Shown: positions 9,083 through 18,730, numbered from the stretch's first letter. The stretch: 64,000 bases of DNA from Nitrospinales bacterium (GCA_965223795.1 CBDCXL010000002.1:1632001-1696000), one strand, 5' to 3'. Made by a program: numbers and translations. The notes: a model not told the origin generated them from the sequence alone.

Positions 9083-10831
9083 ATGGACTTCGCCCGAAAG
9101 CTGCGCCCCGGTTCCATGAATTTCCTTTCGGACAGCCCTGAGCAGGATCCCACTTCCCGCCTCAAAACCGTCATGGTTTTCAGGATTGTGTTTCTGACGG
9201 CGTTTGTCGCGCTGATCCTGCCGCTGCAGATGCGCATGGAGTTTCACGCTTCCATCCGCCCGCTCACGCTCGTCATCAGTACGGGTTATCTCCTTTCCAT
9301 CATCTATGCCCTGTTTCTCAAAATTTGGCGGCCGGTTGCGGGAGCGGTCGTGCAAACCGTCGGCGATCTTCTGCTGGTGGGGGCGATCGTGTACACGACG
9401 GGAGGGACCCAGAGCCCGCTTTCATTTCTGTTTATTTTCGTCATTCTTGCGTCCAGCGTGCTTTTTTCCCGCGGCGGCTGCTATTTTGTGGCCTCAGGGG
9501 CGAGCATCGTCTACGGTCTGCTCATCGACCTGGAATATTACAATGTCATCCATCCGTATTACCTGTTCGACGAGCCGACCCGGTCGCTGGACGGCGGGTA
9601 CGTTTTTTACCTCATCTTTCTGAACATCGCGTCTTACTATTCGGTGGCGTTTCTGAGCAGCCTGCTCAACCAGCGGCTTCGTGTCATGGACCAGGAGTTG
9701 ACGCTCGCCAGCAAGGACCTGCAGGAGTTGCAGGCCTTTCACCGCAGCGTGGTCCGCGATATGGGAACGGGACTGATCACGACCGACAGCGCCGGCCGCA
9801 TCACGTCCGTCAATCACGCGGCGGAGGACATCACGGGATACTCTTATGAAGAATGTCTGGGGCTCTCGTTTGAAGGCCTGCTTAAAATAACGGAGCTGAA
9901 AAACCTGTTTCAGAATCCGCATCTGTTCTCGCTGCCGCTGCAGATCGAGGAGGAATGCCGGCGCAAGGATGGCAAAAAAATCATCATGCGCATGAAAGTC
10001 AGCCGGTTTTCCAATCTTGAGGAACGGGCAAAAGGTTACATCTGCGTGTTTGAAGATCTGACCCATTTTCATGAAATGCAGGAGAAGATGGCGCAGGCCG
10101 AGCGGCTGGCGGCGGTGGGGCGGTTTTCAGCGGGCCTGGCGCATGAGATCCGCAATCCTCTCGCTTCCCTCAGCGGATCGATACAGGTTCTCAGCAAAAG
10201 CATGCACCTGGAACAAAAGCACAAAACCCTGATGGACATCGTGCTCAAGGAAACCGACCGGCTGAACGGCATCCTGACGGACTTTCTCAACTATTCCAAT
10301 CCCAAGAAAAACCGCAAGACCCTGGTCGATTTGACGCAGTTGATTCAGGACGTGATCACGCTGATCAAGAACAGCGACCGCTTCGCAAGCGGGACACAGA
10401 TCCAGTTCAATGGAACTTCGGATCACCTGATCATGAGTGCGGACGAGCCGCAGATCAAACAGATGATCTGGAATCTTTGCATCAACGGACTGCAGGCGAT
10501 GCCCGACGGCGGGACGCTGAAAATTTCGCTGCAGAAAGTGGACTACATTCACAGCGTGAATTACAAATCGGACAAACGCGGTTTCCTGCTTACCGTGGAA
10601 GACCAGGGTTGCGGCATTCCACCGGACCAGCTCAAAAAAATATTCGATCCTTTTTTCACCACCAAGGAAAACGGAGTCGGTTTGGGCCTGCCCACGGTGT
10701 ACCAGATCGTGCAGCGATGCGGAGGAACCATCGAGGTTTCCAGCCGTCTGGAACTGGGAACCCGCTTTTCGGTGTATCTGCCCCGCGGCGTGGTCTCGAT
10801 GGAGCCAGAACCGGTGCCCGCGGGACATTGA
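9083..10831 (+). CDS. pilS: PilS-like membrane sensor histidine kinase (TMs, PAS, HisKA, HATPase)
   Basis: N-terminal TMs with TGGTQSPLSFLF, H-box LAHEIRNPL, N box and G boxes DQGCGI, FDPFFTTK..GVGLGL; directly after pilC. Confidence 0.85.
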   Translation: MDFARKLRPGSMNFLSDSPEQDPTSRLKTVMVFRIVFLTAFVALILPLQMRMEFHASIRPLTLVISTGYLLSIIYALFLKIWRPVAGAVVQTVGDLLLVGAIVYTTGGTQSPLSFLFIFVILASSVLFSRGGCYFVASGASIVYGLLIDLEYYNVIHPYYLFDEPTRSLDGGYVFYLIFLNIASYYSVAFLSSLLNQRLRVMDQELTLASKDLQELQAFHRSVVRDMGTGLITTDSAGRITSVNHAAEDITGYSYEECLGLSFEGLLKITELKNLFQNPHLFSLPLQIEEECRRKDGKKIIMRMKVSRFSNLEERAKGYICVFEDLTHFHEMQEKMAQAERLAAVGRFSAGLAHEIRNPLASLSGSIQVLSKSMHLEQKHKTLMDIVLKETDRLNGILTDFLNYSNPKKNRKTLVDLTQLIQDVITLIKNSDRFASGTQIQFNGTSDHLIMSADEPQIKQMIWNLCINGLQAMPDGGTLKISLQKVDYIHSVNYKSDKRGFLLTVEDQGCGIPPDQLKKIFDPFFTTKENGVGLGLPTVYQIVQRCGGTIEVSSRLELGTRFSVYLPRGVVSMEPEPVPAGH

Positions 10832-10834
10832 GCG

Positions 10835-11758
10835 TTGTTTCCATTCTTTCTTTTCTCTTTTTGCAAACTTGCCCTGGTTTTTCGAAAACGACCCCTTCAA
10901 TTTTTTTGCCGAATTGCTCCCGTAATGCTGGGTTTGCTATCGGCCTGCGCTTCTCTTGAAGATACGAGCGCGTTCAGCGAGATGGTGCGGGTGCCGCAGG
11001 GGACCTTCAGCATGGGCTTTGCCATCGAGAACGACCGGGACTGGGGGGACACGGACGAGGAGCCGGTGCATGAAGTGTTTTTGAGCGAATACTGGATCGA
11101 CCGTTATGAAGTGACCGCTCTGGACTTTTCCCGATTTCTGAATCTGCATGCGCCATCGAGCGGACGTTTCATCGAGCTTGGAGACGCGGTGACGATCGAG
11201 CGATCGGAAGGCGTCTTTCGACCGCGTCCGGGGCTGGAACGCCATCCGGTGAACCGGGTGTCCTGGTACGGTGCACAGGCTTATTGCAAGTGGCGCGGCA
11301 AACGGCTTCCCACTGAGGCGGAATGGGAGAAGGCCGCGCGGGGAACGGATGCCAGAATTTTTCCCTGGGGCGACGCGTTTCCGGACAACACGCGCGTGAC
11401 GTTTCGCCGAAAATTTTCCGAGTCGGGCTTTGCCGTGATGGAACCGGTGGACGGCATGGAGGCGGGACGCTCGCCTTATGGTGTGCACCACATGGCGGGC
11501 AACGTCTGGGAATGGGTCGCCGACTGGTACGCGGACGATTATTACGAATGGTCCCCGAATCAGGATCCCAAAGGACCGGATACCGGCACCACCCGGGTGC
11601 TGCGCGGGGGCAACTGGTATTACAAAGCGTATTACATGCGCACCACCTACCGCTTCAATGAAAAACCGGAAACCTTCAAAGTGTGGCAGGGGTTTCGCTG
11701 CGCTTCCTCACACGCACCTCGATCCAAAAGCGGTGCGTCCCATCATTTTCAAGGTTGA
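10835..11758 (+). CDS. FGE-sulfatase (SUMF1/EgtB/PvdO-fold) lipoprotein
   Basis: Lipobox LLSAC; FSMG..EEPVHEV..IDRYEVT, RLPTEAEWEKAARG, MAGNVWEW, RVLRGG, GFRCA. The true start is uncertain. Confidence 0.85.
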   Translation: MFPFFLFSFCKLALVFRKRPLQFFCRIAPVMLGLLSACASLEDTSAFSEMVRVPQGTFSMGFAIENDRDWGDTDEEPVHEVFLSEYWIDRYEVTALDFSRFLNLHAPSSGRFIELGDAVTIERSEGVFRPRPGLERHPVNRVSWYGAQAYCKWRGKRLPTEAEWEKAARGTDARIFPWGDAFPDNTRVTFRRKFSESGFAVMEPVDGMEAGRSPYGVHHMAGNVWEWVADWYADDYYEWSPNQDPKGPDTGTTRVLRGGNWYYKAYYMRTTYRFNEKPETFKVWQGFRCASSHAPRSKSGASHHFQG

Positions 11759-11808
11759 ACCGGAATAGAGTGCCGTCGTAGTCACACACTCTGCTTGCGG
11801 TTTGAGTC

Positions 11809-12726
11809 CTACCTTTTCCGGTTGAGCGCTTTTTTCAGCGTCCACGCCACGTTCACCTTGCGTTTGCAGAACCGGAACAGCGCCTCGTTCAGCGCCATGA
11901 GCTGACAGTGTTCGGTCAGAATCCCCGCCTCGCTGCAATTGATGATGTTGAGCGGCGCGCTGCGTTTCCAGGTGCGGAACGCCCAGTGAAACCATTTTTT
12001 TGAAACCGCCATGGATTTCAACGTGGGTAACGAGCGGCCGTTGAGGTCGGTTTCCCGCACGATGTTTTCCGGTTGCTGCGTGAACGTGGTTTCCAGGCGC
12101 GCAGCGCTGTTTTCGCTTTGCCGGCTGTGCGTTTTCGGCTGCGGGTAGGACAGATCCTGACCGACGAACAGAATCGGATCGCCTCCGGATTGAAACGCCA
12201 GATCGTAGGCGACCGAGAGAACGCTGCCTCCCGGTGTCAGACAGCCCAGATGCGGCACCCGATTCTGGATCTGGGTGAGAAGGGGGATGTCGGGAGCGAA
12301 TTTATGGTAAAAAACGACGCCGCCCTGCCAAAGGTCGAGCACCTGCGGGTGGATGATGGAAGGCACGATGAGGGTGATGCCGCGATGCGGACAGTTTTTA
12401 AAAAATTTCGTGATCTCGATCTGCGGGTCGAGGCTGGCTGTAAAGTCGGGGACGATTGCATGCGCGAGCAGCGGTTTCAAAGCCGCGTCGCTCGCGATGA
12501 GGACGGCTTTGCCGCGCGCCCGTTCCAGCAGGCGGATGTTTTTGTCGAGCGAAGGGCCGGCGCCGATGACGATCCAGGGCACGTTCTCAAACCGGTTCTT
12601 CAGGGAAGCGACGCCGGGATTGTTCTGGACGGAGGGAAGATTGATCTCAAAATTGTTTTTCCAGAGCCGGTTGAATCTCTGCAGCGTTGCGTTTTTGACC
12701 TCCTGAATTTGCGCGTCCGGATTCAT
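11809..12726 (-). CDS. Maf / MptE-like (DUF115) motility-associated factor homolog
   Basis: IVIGAGPSLDKNI, ASDAAL, SLDPQ, GGSV, PILFVGQDLSY, IINCSEAG; downstream of flgE. Start set at ATG 12726. Confidence 0.8.
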   Translation of the reverse strand: MNPDAQIQEVKNATLQRFNRLWKNNFEINLPSVQNNPGVASLKNRFENVPWIVIGAGPSLDKNIRLLERARGKAVLIASDAALKPLLAHAIVPDFTASLDPQIEITKFFKNCPHRGITLIVPSIIHPQVLDLWQGGVVFYHKFAPDIPLLTQIQNRVPHLGCLTPGGSVLSVAYDLAFQSGGDPILFVGQDLSYPQPKTHSRQSENSAARLETTFTQQPENIVRETDLNGRSLPTLKSMAVSKKWFHWAFRTWKRSAPLNIINCSEAGILTEHCQLMALNEALFRFCKRKVNVAWTLKKALNRKR

Positions 12727-12771
12727 GGCGACAGGGTAGCAAAGGCAAACACAGGGGGCCAATGACAAAAT

Positions 12772-12800
12772 AAAAAAAGACCCGGGCGGTTGCCCGGGTC
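12772..12800 (-). terminator. Intrinsic terminator after flgE
   Basis: 9-bp stem gacccgggc/gcccgggtc with a 4-nt loop and T7 on the minus strand. Confidence 0.85.
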
Positions 12801-12830
12801 CGGCAGGATGAAGTCCTTAAGCTGCGAACG

Positions 12831-14072
12831 TTATCGGACGAGATTCACGGTTTCAGTCAAGAGGTCGTCGGTGGTGGTGATGACGCGGGCGCTTGCCTGA
12901 AACGCCTGCTGGGTCTGGATCATGGTGACGAATTCATTCGCCAGATCCACGTTGGAAAGCTCGAGCGAGCTTCCCAGGACGGAGCCGAACCCTCCGGTTT
13001 CGGCGGTGCCGATGTTGGGCTGTCCGGAGTCACCGGATTCCGCGAACAAGTTCTGGCCGCGGCGCGTCAAGCCGACGGGCGCCAGAAAATCCGCGAGCGC
13101 CACTTGAAACAAATCATCGGACTGACCGTTGTTGAACAGTCCGGCAATGACTCCCTTGGAATCGACGGAAAGACCGATCAGGGTTCCGGTCGGGAATCCG
13201 TCCTGCACCAGGGAGTTGTTGTTGGAGGCGGCGGCGAACCCGGTGAGCTTGCCGTTGGTGGTGCCGCTCGAATCGACCAGATCCCAGTTGAGTGTCTGGG
13301 TGGCCGCGGGCGGCGTCGAACCGGAATGATCGATGACGATGGAGAGGTCCGCCGGGGAACCGCCGTTGACGGCGGAGATCTGGCCGGAGGTGTCGAAGGT
13401 GACGCTGCCGGACGCTCCGGAGGTCACGCTCCCCTGTGAGGGACTGGCCACGAAGTTCCAGGTGTTCGCGGAGGTCGACGTTTTGGTGAACGTGAGGCTC
13501 AGGATGACCTGGGATCCCACGGAATTGAAGATGGATACGGGAGAGGTGAACGTGGTGCTGCCGGAGGAGGCTCCGTTGAGATTAGCGCCGAGGGTGAACG
13601 ACGTGGTCGCCTGAGGCGAGGACTGCACGCCCGCGAGATCGACGTCGGTCAAGGTGGAAGAGGTCACGTTGTTGGTGATGCGGAACCCCTGCAGGACGTC
13701 CTGGGTGACGTTCTGCACAACGCCGTTCTCGTTGAGCCTGAACTGCCCGGCGCGGGTGTAGAAATTGCCGGTGCCGTTGTTGACGATGAAGAATCCCGAT
13801 CCATCGAGAGCGAGATCGAGCGCGTTGGAGGAAGATTCGAACGCGCCCTGACCGAAGGACTGCAGCACGCCCTGCAGCTGCGACCCGCGGCCCACCTGGC
13901 TGGTCACTTCGCCGTTGGTCAGCAGGGTGCTGAACACATCGCTGAACACCGCCTTGCTGCCCTTATACCCCACCGTGTTGACGTTGGCGATGTTGTCGCC
14001 GATGATGTTCATGGCCTGGGAGTTGCTGGTCAGGCCGGAGACGCCGGTAAACAGGGAACTGATCAAAGACAT
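12831..14072 (-). CDS. flgE: Flagellar hook protein FlgE
   Basis: SLFTGVSGL..IGDNIANVNTVGYK, LDLALDGSGFF, YTRAGQF, LELSNVDLANEFVTMIQTQQAFQASARVITT. Confidence 0.95.
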   Translation of the reverse strand: MSLISSLFTGVSGLTSNSQAMNIIGDNIANVNTVGYKGSKAVFSDVFSTLLTNGEVTSQVGRGSQLQGVLQSFGQGAFESSSNALDLALDGSGFFIVNNGTGNFYTRAGQFRLNENGVVQNVTQDVLQGFRITNNVTSSTLTDVDLAGVQSSPQATTSFTLGANLNGASSGSTTFTSPVSIFNSVGSQVILSLTFTKTSTSANTWNFVASPSQGSVTSGASGSVTFDTSGQISAVNGGSPADLSIVIDHSGSTPPAATQTLNWDLVDSSGTTNGKLTGFAAASNNNSLVQDGFPTGTLIGLSVDSKGVIAGLFNNGQSDDLFQVALADFLAPVGLTRRGQNLFAESGDSGQPNIGTAETGGFGSVLGSSLELSNVDLANEFVTMIQTQQAFQASARVITTTDDLLTETVNLVR

Positions 14073-14094
14073 GAATCTCTCCTTTTTTGCGGAA

Positions 14095-14754
14095 TCAAAT
14101 GCCGACGCGTGAGATTGCGCTCACGGGATATTTCTGTCCATCCACCACGGCGAAGGCTTCGGCGCCTTCAAACAACACTTCCGTGACCTTGCCCTGGACG
14201 AAGGTCTTCGCGTTCACGGCGTTGCCTTGACTGTTTTCGGCACTGACGGAAAATCGATACGCTCCCGATTTGACCGGCAGTCCTTCGCTGTCGAGACCGT
14301 TCCACGCAAACCGGTTCGGACCCGCGGACTGCGAGGCCAACGAAAGCGTGGTCACGTTTTTGCCGGTTGCGTCGAAGATGTCGATGTTTATCTGTGTGGC
14401 GTCCGCATCCAGGGTGTAATTGAGTGTGCGGGATTCACCGGATTGATGCTGAAAGGTGTTGCCGGGGGAATCGATCTGTTTGCCGATGAGGTTGAGCGAA
14501 GCGGAATTGTTCAAAGCCGATTCAAACTTCTTGATCTCTTCCAGGTTGGAATTGACGTTGGTGATCTGCTCCAGCGTGCTGAACTGCGCCAGTTGTGCGC
14601 TGAAATCCTGGGCATCCATCGGACTCAGAGGATCCTGGGCTTCGAGCTGGGCGACCAGAAGCTGCAGAAATTCGTTTTTTCCGAGCTCGCGGCTGCCGAC
14701 GGCCTGTGCCGATGTCGCTTTGGGATCGGAAGCGGGTGTGACGCCTTCAATCAT
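14095..14754 (-). CDS. flgD: Flagellar hook capping protein FlgD
   Basis: LGKNEFLQLLVAQLEAQDPLSPMD..FSAQLAQFSTLEQ, WNGLDSEG. Confidence 0.95.
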   Translation of the reverse strand: MIEGVTPASDPKATSAQAVGSRELGKNEFLQLLVAQLEAQDPLSPMDAQDFSAQLAQFSTLEQITNVNSNLEEIKKFESALNNSASLNLIGKQIDSPGNTFQHQSGESRTLNYTLDADATQINIDIFDATGKNVTTLSLASQSAGPNRFAWNGLDSEGLPVKSGAYRFSVSAENSQGNAVNAKTFVQGKVTEVLFEGAEAFAVVDGQKYPVSAISRVGI

Positions 14755-14799
14755 TTTTTATCTCCAAAGGATTGCGGACATTCTGAATTGAGCGAGGAA

Positions 14800-16341
14800 T
14801 CATGCCATCACGCTGATGGAGGCGGACGCATCGTAGTGGATTCTTTCCCGTGCCGATGGAAAGCCGGCAAAGTCCGGCTCCTGGGAAAGACCGTCTTCGG
14901 GTGCGTATGCCGGGATGGAGGCGAACGCCTGCTCGTGCGGGGTGTTCTGCCGGGAACCGGACCCGGATTCTCCACCCACGAGAACCGTGAAGCTTTCGAC
15001 TTTCAAGCCGTTGCCATTGAGGGAATCGCGCAGCTGCGCCAGGTTGCTCTCGATGATTTGCTTGACGGTGTTGTTGTCCGTCATGATGACCGTCTTGACC
15101 GCATCGCCGGAAGTGGACACGTTCATGCGGACCGTTCCGAGAGAGGGCGGTTCCAGCCTCACCTTGATCTCGTTCTGGTTGCCGTGGCTGCGCAGGGAGA
15201 TTTTATGCAGTATTTGTTGAATGACTTTGGCGTCCTCTGTTCCTCTTGCATTGTAGGTCTGCGAGGTGAGGGCTTTCTGGGATTCCAGAATCTTCGTCGA
15301 GGAGGTGTTTCCGTTCTGAACCTGCGTCACTTGAACATCCGGCTGATCCGATAGGGTCTGTGCGCCTTTCACCGCGTTGGAGCTGGCTTTGAAGGCGGAG
15401 GACGCCTGTGATGCGAGAAGACTAGGATCGATTTGATTTTCAGACGGCTTGCCGATGCCTGCTGCGGGTTTCAGCACGGGTGATTTTTCATTCAATGTGG
15501 ACGCACCCTCCGCGGATGGGTTGAGGAGCTTTTCAAGAGAAAGCTTCTGGTCCAGTTTTTGTTCGGCTTCGGTCTTGGCGTTCAACTGCGTTTCGCGGTT
15601 CAACTGGCTTGCGTCTTTATGAACGGGAGCGGATGGAACTTTAGCCAGCAGTTCTTTCGCCTGCTTTTGCGTCAGCCCCGCCTGAAGCAGAATGTCCTCG
15701 CTCAATGTTTCGGGACTGGATTGAGATAGGGCGACGGGGTTCTCTGCCGGTTGCGTCTTGGGCAACGTGCGTGCGTCCAATGCTGGAGAGGTCAATGCCG
15801 CCTGCTGGTTCAGCGTCTGCTCGAGAGACTTGAGGAAGGCGGTGAGATCCATGTTGCCGCCCGGACTGGAAGTTTGTGCGAGGGACTGTAAAAATGTTTT
15901 GAGGTCCGCGGTCCCGCGCAGATTCAGTAGATTGAGCAATTCGTCGATATTGTTCTGCGGCACGCCCAAGGCTTTCAGCTGATCGGTGATGGCTTCCCGG
16001 TTGTTTGTGGTTTGAGCGGGAATACGGTCCACGGTTTCGGCGGTTTCGGTCTGCTTGGTTTGCACGGGGGCTGCGGGCGGCGCTGCTTCCTTCGGACTTT
16101 CGTGTTCCTGCACCGGCCGGTTGTCCGTGCGCGTATCCTGTGTGCTTTTGGGGGCGGGATTGGACTGCGCTCTTTCTTCCGCCCGGGAAGTGGATTTTTC
16201 CCGTTCTGAGGATGCGTGTTTCACCGCGTCTTCCATGTGGCTGCGAAATGAATCGTCGCCGGCCGAAGAGGGTTTGGGTGGAGCTACTTCGACGGGCGCT
16301 TTGGCGGGAAGTACGGAGAGTATGTTGGCTTGTGGGACCAT
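14800..16341 (-). CDS. fliK: Flagellar hook-length control protein FliK
   Basis: Long low-complexity N-terminus; C-terminal VRLEPPSLGTVRM..IESNLAQLRDSL..GLKVESFTV; upstream of flgD-flgE. Start set at ATG 16341, downstream of the sigma54 site. Confidence 0.85.
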   Translation of the reverse strand: MVPQANILSVLPAKAPVEVAPPKPSSAGDDSFRSHMEDAVKHASSEREKSTSRAEERAQSNPAPKSTQDTRTDNRPVQEHESPKEAAPPAAPVQTKQTETAETVDRIPAQTTNNREAITDQLKALGVPQNNIDELLNLLNLRGTADLKTFLQSLAQTSSPGGNMDLTAFLKSLEQTLNQQAALTSPALDARTLPKTQPAENPVALSQSSPETLSEDILLQAGLTQKQAKELLAKVPSAPVHKDASQLNRETQLNAKTEAEQKLDQKLSLEKLLNPSAEGASTLNEKSPVLKPAAGIGKPSENQIDPSLLASQASSAFKASSNAVKGAQTLSDQPDVQVTQVQNGNTSSTKILESQKALTSQTYNARGTEDAKVIQQILHKISLRSHGNQNEIKVRLEPPSLGTVRMNVSTSGDAVKTVIMTDNNTVKQIIESNLAQLRDSLNGNGLKVESFTVLVGGESGSGSRQNTPHEQAFASIPAYAPEDGLSQEPDFAGFPSARERIHYDASASISVMA

Positions 16342-16392
16342 GTTCTCTGCCACGAGTGTCAAGTGCGCGAACGATTTCGCTGTTTTCAAATG

Positions 16393-16409
16393 AGCAAAAG
16401 TGATGCCAA
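16393..16409 (-). promoter_or_regulatory. sigma54 (-24/-12) promoter of fliK-flgD-flgE
   Basis: Minus strand TTGGCATC-ACTT-TTGCT matches TGGCACG-N4-TTGCW with exact spacing. Confidence 0.85.
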
Positions 16410-16721
16410 AAATAAGATCTAGGGGGCTGCTCTTTTAAAATCATAGAGTTGGCCTGGAATGGATGGGTGTGTCTGCCATGCGCAAACCGGGCAAGAACTT
16501 CCCGGTGGGGTAAAAAGTCACTGGTTTTTCAGAGCTTTTCGCAAGTGTCCTTGCGGTCGACCGGTGTGTCCTTTCCCGTGACGATTCTTTGATGCAAGCG
16601 TGGCGCGAAATGCGGGTATGCGCGTTGTGTCCGGCGCTGGATATTGCGAGTCTTTCAAAGACGGGCTGCGGATAAAAGGTTGACTGGTTCGTTAACGCTT
16701 GAATTTGTTATAATCTCCTTC

Positions 16722-17484
16722 ATGAGATTTATTTGTTTCGTTTCATGCCTTGCCGCGTTATTTTCGATCTCGCTTTCCCCGAACACCTGGGCGCAGCCTT
16801 TCGACCCGCAGTTGTTTCAGCCTTCCACGCTGGTCAGTGTGGAAATTTCGAAAAAGAAGCTCAAAGGGATCTATCACGAAGGCGGTCATACCAAGACGCT
16901 GCACTGTGGTTGCTATTTCGACTCGATCCAGCAGGTGCATCCCAACAGCTGCGAGCAGGCGGACCGGGAAGTGCGGCGAAAACGCGGCTCGGAAGTGCTG
17001 GACTGGTTTCATGTGATGTCCGCGGAAGAATTCGGCGGGACGTTGAAATGCTGGCAGCAGGATGTGTGCGGCCGCGCGGGGGAGACCGCCTACAAAGGCG
17101 CGCGGTGCTGCGGGGAGATTTCGCCCAAATTCAAAACGCGGGAAGCGGACATGCACAACCTGTTTCCCACCCTCGCCCGGCTCGGGGATGCGGGTCTGAG
17201 GCTCTACCGGGCAGGGACACTCCGAATACGATTATTGTGAAAACAAAAAACCCGCGCCGTGGTCCGGCGTTCGCGGTGATCTGGCGCGGGCGTATCTGTA
17301 TATGTCCTACCAGTACAAGTTGTCCCTGGACGCGGACCTGGAAGACCGGCTGCGTCACTGGCACCTGATGGACCCTCCCGATGCCTGGGAAGAAAAAAGA
17401 AACTCGATGATCGAAGTGGTGCAGGGAAACCGCAATCCCTTCATCGACCATCCCGAGCTTGTGGAGCGTGTGCGTGATTTTTAA
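16722..17484 (+). pseudogene. Endonuclease I (EndA/Vvn)-like secreted protein, split by a frameshift near 17197-17235
   Basis: One frame carries the signal peptide, TLHCGC, DWFHVM and EADMHNLFP. A different frame continues ...VRGDLARAYLYMSYQY...DPPDAWEEKRNSMIEVVQGNRNPFI. Either a real pseudogene or a sequencing error. Confidence 0.7.
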
Positions 17485-17496
17485 AGCGGGGGTGGA

Positions 17497-17913
17497 TCAG
17501 AGCTGTGTGTTTTCGTCGATGACCGCGCATTCGATCTGACCGGGGGCGAGCCCGGTGACGCCCCGCAGATCCGCTCCCTGAAGATAGGTGCCGGAGAGTT
17601 TCACGTCTTCCAGATGCGCTCCTTTCAGATCGGCCCAGGAAAGATCGGTTTCTTCCAGATTGGCTTTTTGCAGGTCGGCGGCGGTCAGACGCGCGTCCTG
17701 CAGGTTGGCGCCGCGAAGATCCGTCTGTTTCAGGTTTGCGGCGTTGAGGTTCGCTCCCTGCAGGTTGGCTTCCACAAGAACGGCGCCCTGTAGATTCGCG
17801 GAATCGAGATCCGCTCCGTTGAGTTCAGCTTTTTTTCCGTCATGCCCCTTGGAGTCATACCAGATTTCGTGATGAATCAGGATCTGCTGCAGATTCTGTT
17901 CGGGCGCTTGCAT
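17497..17913 (-). CDS. Pentapeptide repeat protein
   Basis: A(D/N)LxxA repeats, with N-terminal HHEIWYDSKGHDGKKAEL. Confidence 0.9.
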   Translation of the reverse strand: MQAPEQNLQQILIHHEIWYDSKGHDGKKAELNGADLDSANLQGAVLVEANLQGANLNAANLKQTDLRGANLQDARLTAADLQKANLEETDLSWADLKGAHLEDVKLSGTYLQGADLRGVTGLAPGQIECAVIDENTQL

Positions 17914-17917
17914 GGGG

Positions 17918-18514
17918 TCAGCTCTTTTTGCTGCATTTGAAGGACGTCTCGGATTCCCATGTGATGGAAAGGTAGTCCGGAAGCTTGGTGTTCTTGTCGA
18001 TGAAGGCGGACTGCAGCTGCCCGCAATCGAGATTGAGCGCCTGGCTCAGGTCCGCGTCCAGAAGATCCGCCGCCCTCAGGATGGCTTCTCTGAGATCGGC
18101 ATTGGCGAAATTGGTCTCGATGAGGTTGGCCCGTCCCAGGTCGGCCTTCTCCAGCTTGGCTCCCCTGAGATCGGCTTTTTCCAGCGTGGTTCCCCGCAGA
18201 TTCGCAGACTGCAGGCGGGCATGCGGCATCTTTGCACCGCGCAGATCCGCCCCGTTCAGGTTTGCGTGTTTCAGGTTCGCTTTCGCCAGGATGGCGGATT
18301 TCAGATTGGCGTTCTGCAGATTGGCGCCGCTCAGGTCTGCGCTATTGAGATCGGCGCGCTGCATGTCCGTTCCCTGAAGGTTCGCGCGCCGCAACGAGGC
18401 GCCGCTCAACGAGGCGCCGATCAAATCCATTTTTCTCAGGTCCGCACCGCGGTGGGATTTTTTGTACAATTCCACGTTGCGCCGGTTGTGCTTCCATTTG
18501 TCCTTCATCCTCAC
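17918..18514 (-). CDS. Pentapeptide repeat protein
   Basis: Long run of A(D/N)Lxx repeats ending QLQSAFIDKNTKLP. Confidence 0.9.
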   Translation of the reverse strand: MRMKDKWKHNRRNVELYKKSHRGADLRKMDLIGASLSGASLRRANLQGTDMQRADLNSADLSGANLQNANLKSAILAKANLKHANLNGADLRGAKMPHARLQSANLRGTTLEKADLRGAKLEKADLGRANLIETNFANADLREAILRAADLLDADLSQALNLDCGQLQSAFIDKNTKLPDYLSITWESETSFKCSKKS

Positions 18515-18583
18515 TCCCGAAAATGTTGCTGGCCGTCGTTCTTTCCGTGCTTATTTTAGGCGGGGTGCACGCAAATGAAAATA

Positions 18584-18625
18584 AAAAAGGGAACCGGAAG
18601 AAACTTCCCTTCCGACTCCCTTTTT
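18584..18625 (-). terminator. Probable (possibly bidirectional) terminator
   Basis: Interrupted stem aaaaaggga..cggaag / cttccg..tcccttttt, downstream of the His-rich gene. Confidence 0.55.
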
Positions 18626-18730
18626 CCTTTGCAGCCGAGATCAACAAATCAGAAACGTTCCTGTTGAAACCGTCTTGTCCTGTCCTTGACAACAAACGTT
18701 CCGGCTGAAATGAAAGCTAAAAACTATTTT

